Below the pieces are notes generated by a model. It did not search any database, was not told the DNA's origin, and was given only the letters and a program-made list of their open reading frames with translations. From Octopus bimaculoides (taxonomy: Eukaryota), in the NCBI RefSeq assembly GCF_001194135.2, contig NC_068985.1:25745772-25809771 (forward strand): a stretch of DNA of 64,000 bases. The letters are read 5' to 3'. How positions within the stretch are numbered: position 1 is the first letter of the stretch; each line of letters opens with the position of its first letter. The position numbers were made by a program, and so were the translations under genes. Below are positions 34,251-46,274 of this stretch, piece by piece.

Positions 34251-37200
34251 TTCGTACCGACGACAGATCAGCATTCTGTCTCCCACGATCTAATTACATC
34301 TTAACGTCTTGGAAGTTGAGGACAAGCACTAAATGATTTTTTTCCTTGTTCTTTCATAAGCTGAGTGGGGTGGGATGTATTGATGCGGGAATTGAAGGTT
34401 GGAAATCTGAAAGATTAGAATCATACAAACATTGGACTTTGTGTTTAAGACTCATAAATAACAAACGTTTATAAGTAAAAGATGCTTAGGAAGTAATGTA
34501 ATCAGAAAGGTAGAATCAAAAAGTTGTTTTGGATTTGAAAACAGTCTTTTTTTTTTTCGAAAAATATAAAATGTCTAATATTTCCAAGTTTCTGAATGAG
34601 GATTTGTAAACAAACAATTGTATGACAATCGGCCGAAATGTTGGCACTGGATTAACTATGTAATATAAATGAGTTAATAATACTAAAGAAAAACCAGTTT
34701 TACATTTAAAGAAGTCGGTCTTCCACTGTTATGCACCCTTTACCACCTGTGAGTCAAACAATTCTAGGAATAATTTGTACTATTAGTGCATAGCTTATTT
34801 ACAAGATAACTGCGTTTTGTTAGTACGGATGTATCATTGAAAATAATTGATATGATTAAGAAAAGACAAAACCGAGCATTGTCACTGAGTCAGATGATTA
34901 CAAACACTCAGCATCACAAGAACTGACAGTTGACCAATTTCTGGCACAATATTTGTGTCGCTGACTTTGATTTTCTTTCTTTTCCTTTTTAGTTGTAATA
35001 GATTCAGCATTTTTTACGAGTCATATACGGCTGTGTGGGGGGGAATGGTGGAGCGACGAACTAAATGATTATACTATTATTTACTTTCGCATCTCTGCAT
35101 TCTGAGATCAAATCTCACATGCGTGAGATTGTGTATCTCTCCATTTTCCAGAGTCGATATAAGTACTTGCTTTCTCTAGAAATGTGTACTTTGTATGAAA
35201 TAAATCTTTGCGTACAATAGTAGGGAATATTGTGAAATATGAAGTATGATCTCATGAAAACGAGAACCGCAACTCGGTTTTTAATTTAAAACGGAAACTA
35301 TTTCACCTAATTAATGCTGCTTCATGTAGAAAACAGAAATTCCATATTTTCAGTTCATTCTATGCAATATATAATCTCTATACCTAGTTAAAACAATGGA
35401 GATTGTAGAACTGGTAGGTATCACACAGTAATTTTCAGTGTTAAGTTTCATCTGTCTTTACTCACTGAGTTCATGTCCAACTTCGATAGACTTCATCGTG
35501 TATCTTTCTTTATTATACAACTTCCATTAAAAAGAGTTCCCTGACTAAAGACATTTCTGTATTTATGCGTTGTTGTTTAGTCGTAAGTCGGCCCTGATCC
35601 ATGAGACTTACAGGTTTTTTTTTTTCAATACAGAAAACATGCATGACTACATTATCAAATGTCTTTTACTGACAGTGAGGTGTTATTTGAGAGAGGTGTA
35701 GCTGCTTGTATTAGCAGGTCGAATGACAGCATAGTGGTTCCGTCACAGGTTCGGAAACTATTTAGGCGAAATTGACATTGGATATTACTGAGACAATAAT
35801 GCCGGATATTATTCGGTCAAGCTCATTATTCTAGGTTCAAAACCCTGTTCATTTACCTCCAAATAAGGTTGATCAAATAAATTCCATCAAAATAATGGTT
35901 TATAATTTAAGCACAAGGCTAGCAAATTTCAACGGGAAAGTTTGGAACAAATGCCGCGAGGCATTTTTCCGTCACTCTGCTGGTTCTGCCAGTTAACCAC
36001 CCTTAATGTTTCTAACATAAGTACAAGGGAAATTTGGAAGAGAGCATTCAGTCGAGTACATCTACACCAGTAATACACTGTATTTTATTTTATCGGCAAC
36101 CGATGGATGGAAAGCAAAGTTGACTTCAGCGGAAATTGAATTCAGAACGTAAAGAACCGGAACAAACACCGCAAGTCATTTTGTCTGAGCTTCTGACGAT
36201 TTTGCCAGTCCACCATCGTAAAATACCATTAATATAATGGAACCGATGTATGCTATTAATTTCCTCTAATTGCAATCAATATTTGAAGAGATTGGATTTT
36301 GGCCTTAAATCGCATCAAGGTATTTTTGATGATATTAAGGCGGGCAGTAGTTACTAGAGCGAATACACTATCAGTAATTTCGTTGTTTCTTGCATCATTA
36401 ATAACTGTGTGAAAGATAAGTCTCTTAACTGAAATCGTTTATCTATAACAGGAAAGTACATACTGCATTTCTGAACTGATGGTCTTATATTTCCACCCAA
36501 TAAACTGGCAGTAACTTTAAAATCTAAAGGTAGTAGTTTATGATGTATGCTTCCTGTACGACACATGAAATCTTGTTTTCGCTGTCACTGAATAGTAAAG
36601 TTACCGTAATACAAATATTCATACTTCAAAGACAATAAAAATATGGGTATCATTCATAGCTCCCAACATTCCACTCTGATTACTAGTGACAATAAATATT
36701 ACATTGCTATTATTGACATGGCAAAGATACAAATATTCTCATTCAAACATTTGAGAAGTCTCGGACTTTGAAACAGTTCTATTTTTATCTCTAACAATTA
36801 GGACTGGTGTTAATTATAATATTAAAGCTCAATTTGTTTCAAAATTGACTCTGATAACGATGATTATTTTCTCACCCGTGTGTGAAAACTGAAAACATTT
36901 GTCGCAATAAAAAAAACAGACAGGCTGAGGAGGATTGTGTGTGAGTAGGTGTTAAAAATGCGAGCTTTATAAACTTGAGCTCATGTCCTGGGAAGCAAAG
37001 TAAGCAAAGACAATTTAATTTCAGTTTGTTATTTCATTTCATTTATTACATCAAATGTAGTTTTACCGGATTTAATCTGAAAAACATTCACCTCTGTCAA
37101 GGCTCACTTGTCTATGACACATACATGTAGACAAGGTCTTCGAAGGAAACACGGAGAACCATTAACCAGCATTTAGAAGGTACTTATACATTTCACAGGC

Positions 37201-37556
37201 TCTGAAAAAAGTTGTATTTTTTATAAAATATAAAATTATGTATATTTCTTTGATGGTCACAATCAGTTTAAATAATAATAAATATTTTAACAAACATTTT
37301 TAATGGTTTCCAAATCATTCCTCTGTTAATCTTTTACTGATTTCAGTCACTGGATTTGCAATCATTCTGGAGTACTGCGTTTTGTCGATCAATGCTTATA
37401 TTTAAAGTTTAGTACTTATTTTTAAAGTCCAGAATTTATTTTTAAATTCTATCAAGTATTTTATCTGCATCTCTTTACCAAACCGCCAAGACATTGGACG
37501 GAAGGAACACAACATAAACCACACGTACCTTAGACCAGAGTAAAAATACATAATCA

Positions 37557-37774
37557 TAGGTTGGGATGCTGAAAAATTCCTGGCTTTAAGGGTGTTTCGA
37601 AAGTCCTGGTTAGATGTCCAACCTTCCGAGTTCTTTTGCAGGGCTTATAAAAACTGAAGGACCGCTACAATCAGTGTATGAATCTGAGCGGCAAATAAGT
37701 TGAATAAAATCATTAATTAATCATCCTGTATTTTCTTTTACCCAAAGCCAGAAAATTTTCAGCACCCGCTCGTG
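37557..37774 (+). mobile_element. mariner-derived MITE
   Basis: Imperfect TIRs GGGATGCTGAAAAATTCCTGGCTTT / AAAGCCAGAAAATTTTCAGCACCCG. The internal remnant GL*KLKDRYNQCMNLSGK*VE* is a mariner transposase C-terminus. Confidence 0.75.
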
Positions 37775-38269
37775 TGTGTGTGTGTGTGTGTGGTAGAAGT
37801 GAGGAATCCCTAGTATATGTTGAGATATCTCTCTAGGAGAAAGAACTCATTTTCATCCAATGATGTAGAGAAGTTCTTTTTGAAAAAAAAAAACACATAC
37901 GTTGTTTAGGTAGTGGGATTGGTCCTGAGCAAGACCTTTTCCTCAATTCAAAGAGCTTCAGGCACAGATATCGCTGGATGTTTTAATATCTCTATTATGT
38001 TACTATGGTTGACCGTAGCCTAGAAAAACAAAAACAGTCAATGAAAAATTCGATGGTGGGATAAAGGTATGCATCAGCGTGAGTGGTAAGTTCACTGAAC
38101 ACCTGTTGCAAGAGATACCACATCAATGTAAAAGTATGTAGGTTCCTAGTACGTTTGAAAAGTCGCATCCATTCTGCTCATGTTTAAGAGAGAAACCAAG
38201 TGATAGTATTGCTCGAAATCGAGTTGCTGTTGTTATTTATTTATGTATGTGAATGCGCCTGGCAGGTAA

Positions 38270-38583
38270 AGGCGCGTGGCTTAGTGGTTAGGGCATTCGG
38301 CTCACGATCGTATGGTCGTGAGTTCAATTCCCGGCGATGCGTTGTGTCCTTGAGCAACACTATTTCACGTTGCTCCAATCCAATCAGCTGGCAAAAATGA
38401 GTAGTAATTGTATTTCAAAGGACCAGCCTTGTTACACTGTGTCACGCTGAATCTCCCTAAGAACTACGTTAAGGGTACACGTGTCTGTGGAGTGTTCAGA
38501 CACTTGCACGTTAATTTCATGAACAAGCTGTTCCGTTGATCATATCAGCTGGGACCCTCTCGTCGTAACCGACGGAGTGCTCC
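38270..38583 (+). mobile_element. SINE with family D head/CORE-like domain and the family A tail
   Basis: GGCGCGTGGCTTAGTGGTTAGG head, CCTTGAGCAACAC core, then CTACGTTAAGGGTACACGTGTCTGTGGAGTG tail. A second, degenerate copy lies at about 54500-54740. Confidence 0.8.
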
Positions 38584-38885
38584 TTAGAAAAGGTGTATAA
38601 TATCAGCAAAAAAATCATGAAATGCTATGCACTTTGAATGACTTTGGAATGAAAGTCTCTCTAAAGTATGGGAGTTCTTTAATAGTTGGTCATGGCTGTC
38701 AATTCTTGACGTGGCCAAGAATGTGCTGGGGGTGTGGTTCACGTCTTTAGACTTAATGACCCTATGGCATGTATCAGTGTTCCTACAACAATTCACACTT
38801 ACGCCTATATACACACATACATGTGCATACTCGTTTATACTCACTCGTGCCAATCGGCATATTTACATAGACTCATCCATCTATT

Positions 38886-38940
<55 letters not shown>

Positions 38941-39333
38941 TCTTTTACTTGTTTCAGTCATTTTACTGTCGCCATGCTGGAGCACCGCCTTTAGTCGAAC
39001 AAAATTATTCTTTGTAAGCCTAGTACTTATTCTATCGGTCTCTTTTGCCGAACCGCTATATTACGGGGACGTAAAGGCACCAGCATCGGTTGTCAAACGA
39101 TGTTGGGGAAACAAACACAGACACACAAACATATATACACGCACACACATACATATATATACATATATACAACGGGCTTCTTTTAGTTTCCGTCTACCAA
39201 ATCCACTCATAAGGTTTTGGTCGGTCCGAGGCTATAGTAGAAGACACTTGCCCAAGGTGCCACGCAGTGGGACTGAACCCGGAACCATGTGGTTGATAAG
39301 CAAGCTACTTACTACACAGCCACTCCTGCGCCT
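38941..39333 (-). mobile_element. SINE family B (full length)
   Basis: Reverse complement of the same head, body and tail as 4325-4722. Confidence 0.9.
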
Positions 39334-39949
39334 ATGTACATATAACTTTAATTATGATTTATATGTGTGTCTTTGCTCTCCCATCACCGCTTGACAACCG
39401 GTGTTTGTGTGTTTAAGTTCCAGTAGCCTAGCGGTTCACCAAAAGAGACTGATAGAACAAGTACTAGGCTTAAAAAATAAGTACTAGGCTTAAAAAATAA
39501 GTCCTAGGATCGATTTGCTCGTCTAAAACCCTTCAATGCGGTGCAAAACATGGCCGAAATCAACTGATTGAAACAAATAAAAGAATAAAAATACTGGTAT
39601 GTCAAATACCACAAAATTTTGTGATTTATTAAAATCATCTCCGCCTCTAGATGATGTATCATAATTATCAAATGTTAATTATTACCAACCCCACTTGAAA
39701 AGAGAAGATAATCTCAAAATTCAAAGGTCTACAAAACTGATATGCCATTAAGGGAAAAGACTGGTTTATCGTCTGGAGATAAGAAGACTGTCGTAACCAG
39801 CCTTCAGCAGCTGGACAATTGTCCAACCTTATCTGCAGTAGCTAAAGGACTTACACTTATACAAGCAGTAGAAAACAGTTATGGTCTATGCAATTTGTAT
39901 AATTTAAACAAAAATGAACTAAGCGAAATATATACACGCATATTGTAGA

Positions 39950-40364
39950 GCATCACATTATTGGTTATTGAAAAGGAGTGATGTTTCGTCAGGACAATGC
40001 GCGGCCCCACACTGCAAAGATCACATCACAGAAGATCAAAGAGCTTGGTTGGGAAAAAATTCCTCATCCACCTTATTCTCCTGACCTTGCTCCTTCAGAC
40101 TACCATTTGTTTCGTAGTTTACAGAATCATTTGGGAGACATAACTTTCACAAGCCAGGAGGAGGTCGAAATTGACATTTCAGAGTTCTTCGCTTTGAAAC
40201 CAAAAGAGTTTTACATTGATGGGATTAAAAAGCTTGCAAATAGATGGAAGGAAGTCATAGATAATCAGAGAAAGTACATTGGTGATTAAATTTCAATTGA
40301 ATATAACATTTGATCACTTGTTTTTTATTCAAAATTCGGACGGAACTTATTGGATGACCTGATA
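39950..40364 (+). mobile_element. mariner (DD34D) transposase 3' fragment with right TIR
   Basis: QDNARPHTA..WEKIPHPPYSPDLAPSDYHLF..GIKKLANRW.EVI..KYI. The TIR CGGACGGAACTTATTGGATGACCTGA is followed by TA at about 40338-40364. Confidence 0.9.
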
Positions 40365-42199
40365 ATAGAATGCCATTTAATCAAGCCGAAATACTTTATA
40401 CTTTAAGCTACAAATATCCATTAAATTAAATCTTGTTGGTATTGCCTTAGTTTTGTTTTGATTTCGTCATTTTTTTTCTAAATAGCAATTAATACATGGA
40501 GTGATGCTAGAGCTCACTTAAATAATTTGACGTCAAAACTTGGTCAAAATTGTTAATAGAAAAGTTATGAATGTAGTCGAACTTATCCAGTAAAAATAGA
40601 CATTTTTCCAAATCGATTAACATTTTCCGTCATAGTGAAACACCAGGTAAAGAATAGAACACTAACATTATACTGAACAAGTTATTCATTTTATTTTTTT
40701 ACTTCGTATGACATATCTTTAGAAAACATCATTATGTGAAGTATGCGTATGCATGCTTTGTTGAGGAAGAAATTTTGTGTGCGTGGGAAAGTACTTTCTG
40801 TACACTTCTTAGCGTTCCTGGACGTTTAACAATGCTACTTGCATTCAGTAAACCTCCAGGTGAACTTACGTCATGGTAAATTGTTACATCTATCACAAAG
40901 AAAAGGTAATTCCAGTTTAATATAGCATATTTCATGGTGTCAGGTAATCTATAAATTTCATTTCTTACATTTTTTTTTACGTACGTCAGTTTCCACCTCC
41001 CAAAACTGCAAGTTGTCATAAGTTTTAGTAACCGATTGCCTAGAATAGAAAAGAATGGAGAAAATAGCAAAGGTCTGACACAGACAAGCATCCGACTAAT
41101 TGCCAACAGTATTTAGTTTTGTCAGTCTTTCTTCCGAGATAGAATCCCAGTAGAGTTAGGTTTGTCTTTGCCTTTCCGTCCATTTACGTCGAATGTTCTA
41201 CGAGCTAGTTATATGATGTAGGTCTATTTTAGTTGGCTTTACCCACACACCCACGCTAAATGTATGACCTTGTGCCCATGTTATAGATTAATATGATTTA
41301 GACCAATTTTACTTGACTTTACAACTCTCACCAATGTCTTACCTTGAGTCTATATTAAAGATCAACACGATGTACTCTATTTTAGTTGATTTTACCTCCA
41401 ACAAATACATAACCTTGATTCCATGTAAGAGATCAATTAATCTAATAGGACAGAAACATGTTCAGAGTTGTCTCCGGTATTTGCTAAAATGATTAAAATA
41501 TTATTAGCCATTATGCTAATGTTCTCCTCACCGCATTACCATTGCTAATTAGATTTTTTTTTATGCACTACATTGAATATCTTTATCCTTACTTCAGTTT
41601 TGATTGTCATGCAAATAGCATCTTTGGATAATTAACCTCAATGATTTTTTTTGTTTTTTAAACAAACGCTGATGACACGCTTTCTCGGTCAAAATCAACA
41701 GCTGCCATCCCAGTTTACAACTATGTTTCTATTACCTGCTTTAGTCATATCACATTATTTAAATTGCTGAAAGCTGCGGATTGATAGAATCTTTAAAATA
41801 TAAAACAAAATACCTTACAATATTTATTACAGCTCTTTGCGTTCTAAATTCAAAACACCGCCGAGGTGAGCTTTGCTTTCTTTCTTGTGGGATCGATAAA
41901 ATAAAGTACTAAGGGCAATTTCATCGACTAACCCTTCTTACAAAATTTTGGCATTGTAATTATATTAATATTATTATTTAAGCTATTTAATAGTCATGGC
42001 GCAGAAATCATTCTATACTCCTGTGGGCAGTTTTATCACTAAACGATTGGGGCTATTGTGACATGTTTGCTCTTTTAAGTTACTGCTTACAAACAATGTT
42101 TTTTATATAAGGTACTAATGACCTTGAAATGATATACGCGGCACATTACATTTTCTCAATGAATATGTCATTTTGTGTCCAGTCAAATACAGACATTTT

Positions 42200-42573
42200 T
42201 TTTCTTTTACTTGTTTTAGTCATTAGATTGCGGCCATGCTGTAGCACCACCTTCAAGAATTTTTAGCCGAATGAATGGATCCCAGTACTTATTTATTTTT
42301 TTCCTAAGCCTGGTACTTATTGGTCTCTTTTACTAAATCGCTAAGTTATGGTGACATAAACACACCAACACCGGTTAAGCGGTGGTGGGGGACAAATACA
42401 CACATACACACGACGTGATTCTTCCAGTTTCCGCCTACCAAATCCACTCACAAGGCTTTGGTGGGCACGAGGCCTTAGAAGAAGACACTTGTCCAAAATG
42501 TCACGCAGTAGGATTGAACCCGGGACCATGTGGTTAGGAAGCAAGCTTCTTACTACACATTCACGCCTGCGCC
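42200..42573 (-). mobile_element. SINE family B (full length)
   Basis: Same family. Further partial copies at about 2895-3127(+), 19765-20015(-), 33330-33500(-), 39360-39590(+), 44905-45120(-), 50680-50760(-), 52487-52548(+) and 62128-62270(+). Confidence 0.85.
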
Positions 42574-43836
42574 TAGGTGGATAAAATTCTGCAGGATAAA
42601 ATAATGGAATGGACCGTAACAGTGAATACAACACTACTCGAAGTTGATTTGATAATCTATTGTTTTGAGTTCAAATCTCGTTGGCTTCTTTGTCATCATT
42701 TAATAGATCAAAATCATGGTCACACTCGTCGATTTCGACGTGAGATCTTTGAAGGAAATTATTAAAGAAAAAGAAGATTAAAAAAAAAGAAGTTGCATCT
42801 ATTTGTGATGGATGCGGGAATATAATTTGCGTCTGGTTATGGATTTTGCAATGATGTCACTATGGGGACAATGATGATATTGATTGAACAATTGTGTGTG
42901 TTGATTTGGACAAATGTGTCTGTTGATTTTAATATTTTTTTTTTTAATTCTGTTTCTTCAACTCAAATTGTTTAGATACATCAAGACACGTTTTACGCCA
43001 CTCAGATAAAAAGTAAAAGAAATAAAGATAATCATTTCTTATATTGTTTCAAGACCGTGTATTTGTAAGAGAAAATGCGAATTCGATTGAATCTGCTTTA
43101 ATATATTACTGATACTTATTCTTTTTTGCTTAGATTACAGGTTAAACTGAACTAAATTTGTACTCAGAGAGTAAAAGGTTTTTAACTAAACACGTAAACT
43201 ATTTCATTCAGCACGCTACTGTTCCTGTTATTCGACCTCTCTAAATTAAGTACTTATAATCAATAGGTATTTATTTCAACCACAAAAGCTTCTCTTTTAT
43301 CTAAACAAAGGAAATGTTCATAAAAACCTACCCGTGACCAACACCAATTCAGCATTTTATCATGGGTAATGATGATAGAATGAATAACAGTAACATACTA
43401 GAAACATTTGTCTATACGCCTCTTGACTCAAACCAGTCTTGTACACACTGGAATATTTTGATATACATTTTACAAACATTGTTGTTTAGCCCCAGGTAAG
43501 TCTTGGTCGAATAGACTAATTATGAAGGACATTCTAAACGTAACACACACACACACACACACACACATGCGCGTGTGTGTATAAACTCCAATATTCTGTT
43601 CCTTCTTAAGGCGGTAAAATGTGATATTAGAAAGATTTTAGTGTTCGTTATTAACTCTATTTATTAAAAGATCTATTACTTTTGCATATTTAGCCTAGAC
43701 CATACATTGATATGGAGTGGGGTACAGTCGTCTATCTGACGATTACTTTTGTTGGAATTTGAACACAGAACTTGAACGAACGAAGTTAGACACTGATTAT
43801 AGTTTTTGGTATAAGATCACAAATTTGTAGAGAAGG

Positions 43837-44627
43837 TTTGTTGTTGTTGATGTTGGCACTCCGTCGCTTACGACGTCGAAGGTTCCAATTGATCCGATCA
43901 ACGGAACAGCCTGCTCGTGAAATTAACGTGCAAGTGGTTGAGCACTCCACAGACATGTGTACCCTTAACGTAGTTCTCGGGGATATTCAGTGTGACAAGG
44001 CTGACTCTTTGAATTACAAGCACAACAGAAACAGGAAGAGTGAGAGAAAGTTGTGGTGAAAGAGTACAGCAGGGTTCGCCACCATCCCCTGCCGGAGCCT
44101 CGTGGAGCTTTTAGGTGTTTTCACTCAATAAACACTCACAACGCCCGGTCTGGGAATCGAAACCGCGATCCTATGACCGCGAGTCCGCTGCCCTAACCAC
44201 TGGGCCATTGCGCCNNNNNNNNNNATCACAAATTTGTAGAGAAGGTTTGTTGTTGTTGATGTTGGCACTCCGTCGCTTACGACGTCGAAGGTTCCAATTG
44301 ATCCGATCAACGGAACAGCCTGCTCGTGAAATTAACGTGCAAGTGGTTGAGCACTCCACAGACATGTGTACCCTTAACGTAGTTCTCGGGGATATTCAGT
44401 GTGACAAGGCTGACTCTTTGAATTACAAGCACAACAGAAACAGGAAGAGTGAGAGAAAGTTGTGGTGAAAGAGTACAGCAGGGTTCGCCACCATCCCCTG
44501 CCGGAGCCTCGTGGAGCTTTTAGGTGTTTTCACTCAATAAACACTCACAACGCCCGGTCTGGGAATCGAAACCGCGATCCTATGACCGCGAGTCCGCTGC
44601 CCTAACCACTGGGCCATTGCGCCTCCA
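43837..44627 (-). mobile_element. SINE family A, present twice around a 10-N gap (probably one element)
   Basis: Two apparently identical copies, including the left flank. A single TSD pair TGTAGAGAAGG at 43826-43836 and 44629-44639. Confidence 0.85.
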
Positions 44628-45181
44628 CTGTAGAGAAGGAGACCGAATACATTAAACTGACTACAATACGTAACTGGCAGTTATTAGATGAAAGTTTTTT
44701 TTAAAATTTCTATGAGATACGAACTCAAAATTAAATAACGTAACTAAATATTACATGATTGATACTTTTTCTAGCCTTAAAACCTAAAGCAACTCTTCTC
44801 CGGGATGAGGATTTGTGACTTAGAACGTAAAAGGATTGTACTCTATTAAATTTTGTTGTTCACCACCACTCTTGATTTTATAAATGTTGATTTAATTTCA
44901 GATCATTGTTTATCAATATCTTATTTCAGTCTTTGGATTGTGGCCATGCTGGGGCACCGCCTTGAAAGGTTTTAGCGGGACAAATCGATTTCAGTGCTTA
45001 CTTTCAAATCCGGTACTCTCTCTGACAGTCTGTTTATGACAGACCGAAGGCGTAAACAAACCAACACCGTTTGTCAAGCGACGACAGTGAGGAACAAACA
45101 CAAAGACACACACAAACATTACCACATGTGAATCGTTGGCGATTTTCTTCCTCCGTCTTCCCTTCTATTGGACTGTCTTCT

Positions 45182-45217
45182 GTTTCCGAAGAAGAACGTC
45201 AGCTCGAAACGTTAAAC
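45182..45217 (+). ncRNA. Degenerate minimal hammerhead-like motif
   Basis: GTTT-CCGAAGA-A-GAAC-GTCA-GCTC-GAAA-CGT-T-AAAC; downstream sequence homologous to 51990-52060. Confidence 0.5.
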
Positions 45218-46010
45218 CATCTTTCTTTCCCTGAGCGTCTGCTAATACTCTACATGTACCACGTCCTTGCGTTATTGTTTTTTTGTGTTTGTTTTTCTTT
45301 CTTTTTTTTGGATTTACTATATNNNNNNNNNNNNNNNNNNNNNNNNNNNNNNNNNNNNNNNNNNNNNNNNNNNNNNNNNNNNNNNNNNNNNNNNNNNNNN
45401 NNNNNNNNNNNNNNNNNNNNNNNNNNNNNNNNNNNNNNNNNNNNNNNNNNNNNNNNNNNNNNNNNNNNNNNNNNNNNNNNNNNNNNNNNNNNNNNNNNNN
45501 NNNNNNNNNNNNNNNNNNNNNNNNNNNNNNNNNNNNNNNNNNNNNNNNNNNNNNNNNNNNNNNNNNNNNNNNNNNNNNNNNNNNNNNNNNNNNNNNNNNN
45601 NNNNNNNNNNNNNNNNNNNNNNNNNNNNNNNNNNNNNNNNNNNNNNNNNNNNNNNNNNNNNNNNNNNNNNNNNNNNNNNNNNNNNNNNNNNNNNNNNNNN
45701 NNNNNNNNNNNNNNNNNNNNNNNNNNNNNNNNNNNNNNNNNNNNNNNNNNNNNNNNNNNNNNNNNNNNNNNNNNNNNNNNNNNNNNNNNNNNNNNNNNNN
45801 NNNNNNNNNNNNNNNNNNNNNNNNNNNNNNNNNNNNNNNNNNNNNNNNNNNNNNNNNNNNNNNNNNNNNNNNNNNNNNNNNNNNNNNNNNNNNNNNNNNN
45901 NNNNNNNNNNNNNNNNNNNNNNNNNNNNNNNNNNNNNNNNNNNNNNNNNNNNNNNNNNNNNNNNNNNNNNNNNNNNNNNNNNNNNNNNNNNNNNNNNNAT
46001 ATATATATAT

Positions 46011-46048
<38 letters not shown>

Positions 46049-46274
46049 AAATGAAAATAGTTAAAAATTTTTAATTATATTTAAAGATTTAGCTGGTTTC
46101 AGAGATTACACTGATTTTCAAAAGTTGAGATAGAAAGACCTCCGTTATGCTGCAATTGCCTTGCTTCTGACTAGTGCTTTGAAGTTTGTCATATTTTTTA
46201 TAGGAAGTACATGGCTTAGTATATAAACAGTATATAAAAATAAGACAATCTTCAAACACTAGTCAGAAGCAAGA

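Noticed and set aside
34750-34892. Two AP-1 consensus sites (TGAGTCA)
   Set aside because: Several 7-mer matches are expected by chance in 64 kb; no other evidence for an enhancer.
35390-37200. Additional short plus-strand exon candidates (MEIVEL; ESTYCISELMVLYFHPINW; MSWEA)
   Set aside because: They can be chained in several mutually exclusive ways, and some splice sites are weak; indistinguishable from chance without transcripts.
43815-44627. Apparent tandem duplication of a SINE A plus flank
   Set aside because: The copies look identical, are separated by exactly 10 N and share one TSD pair. Most likely unmerged overlapping contig ends rather than biology.
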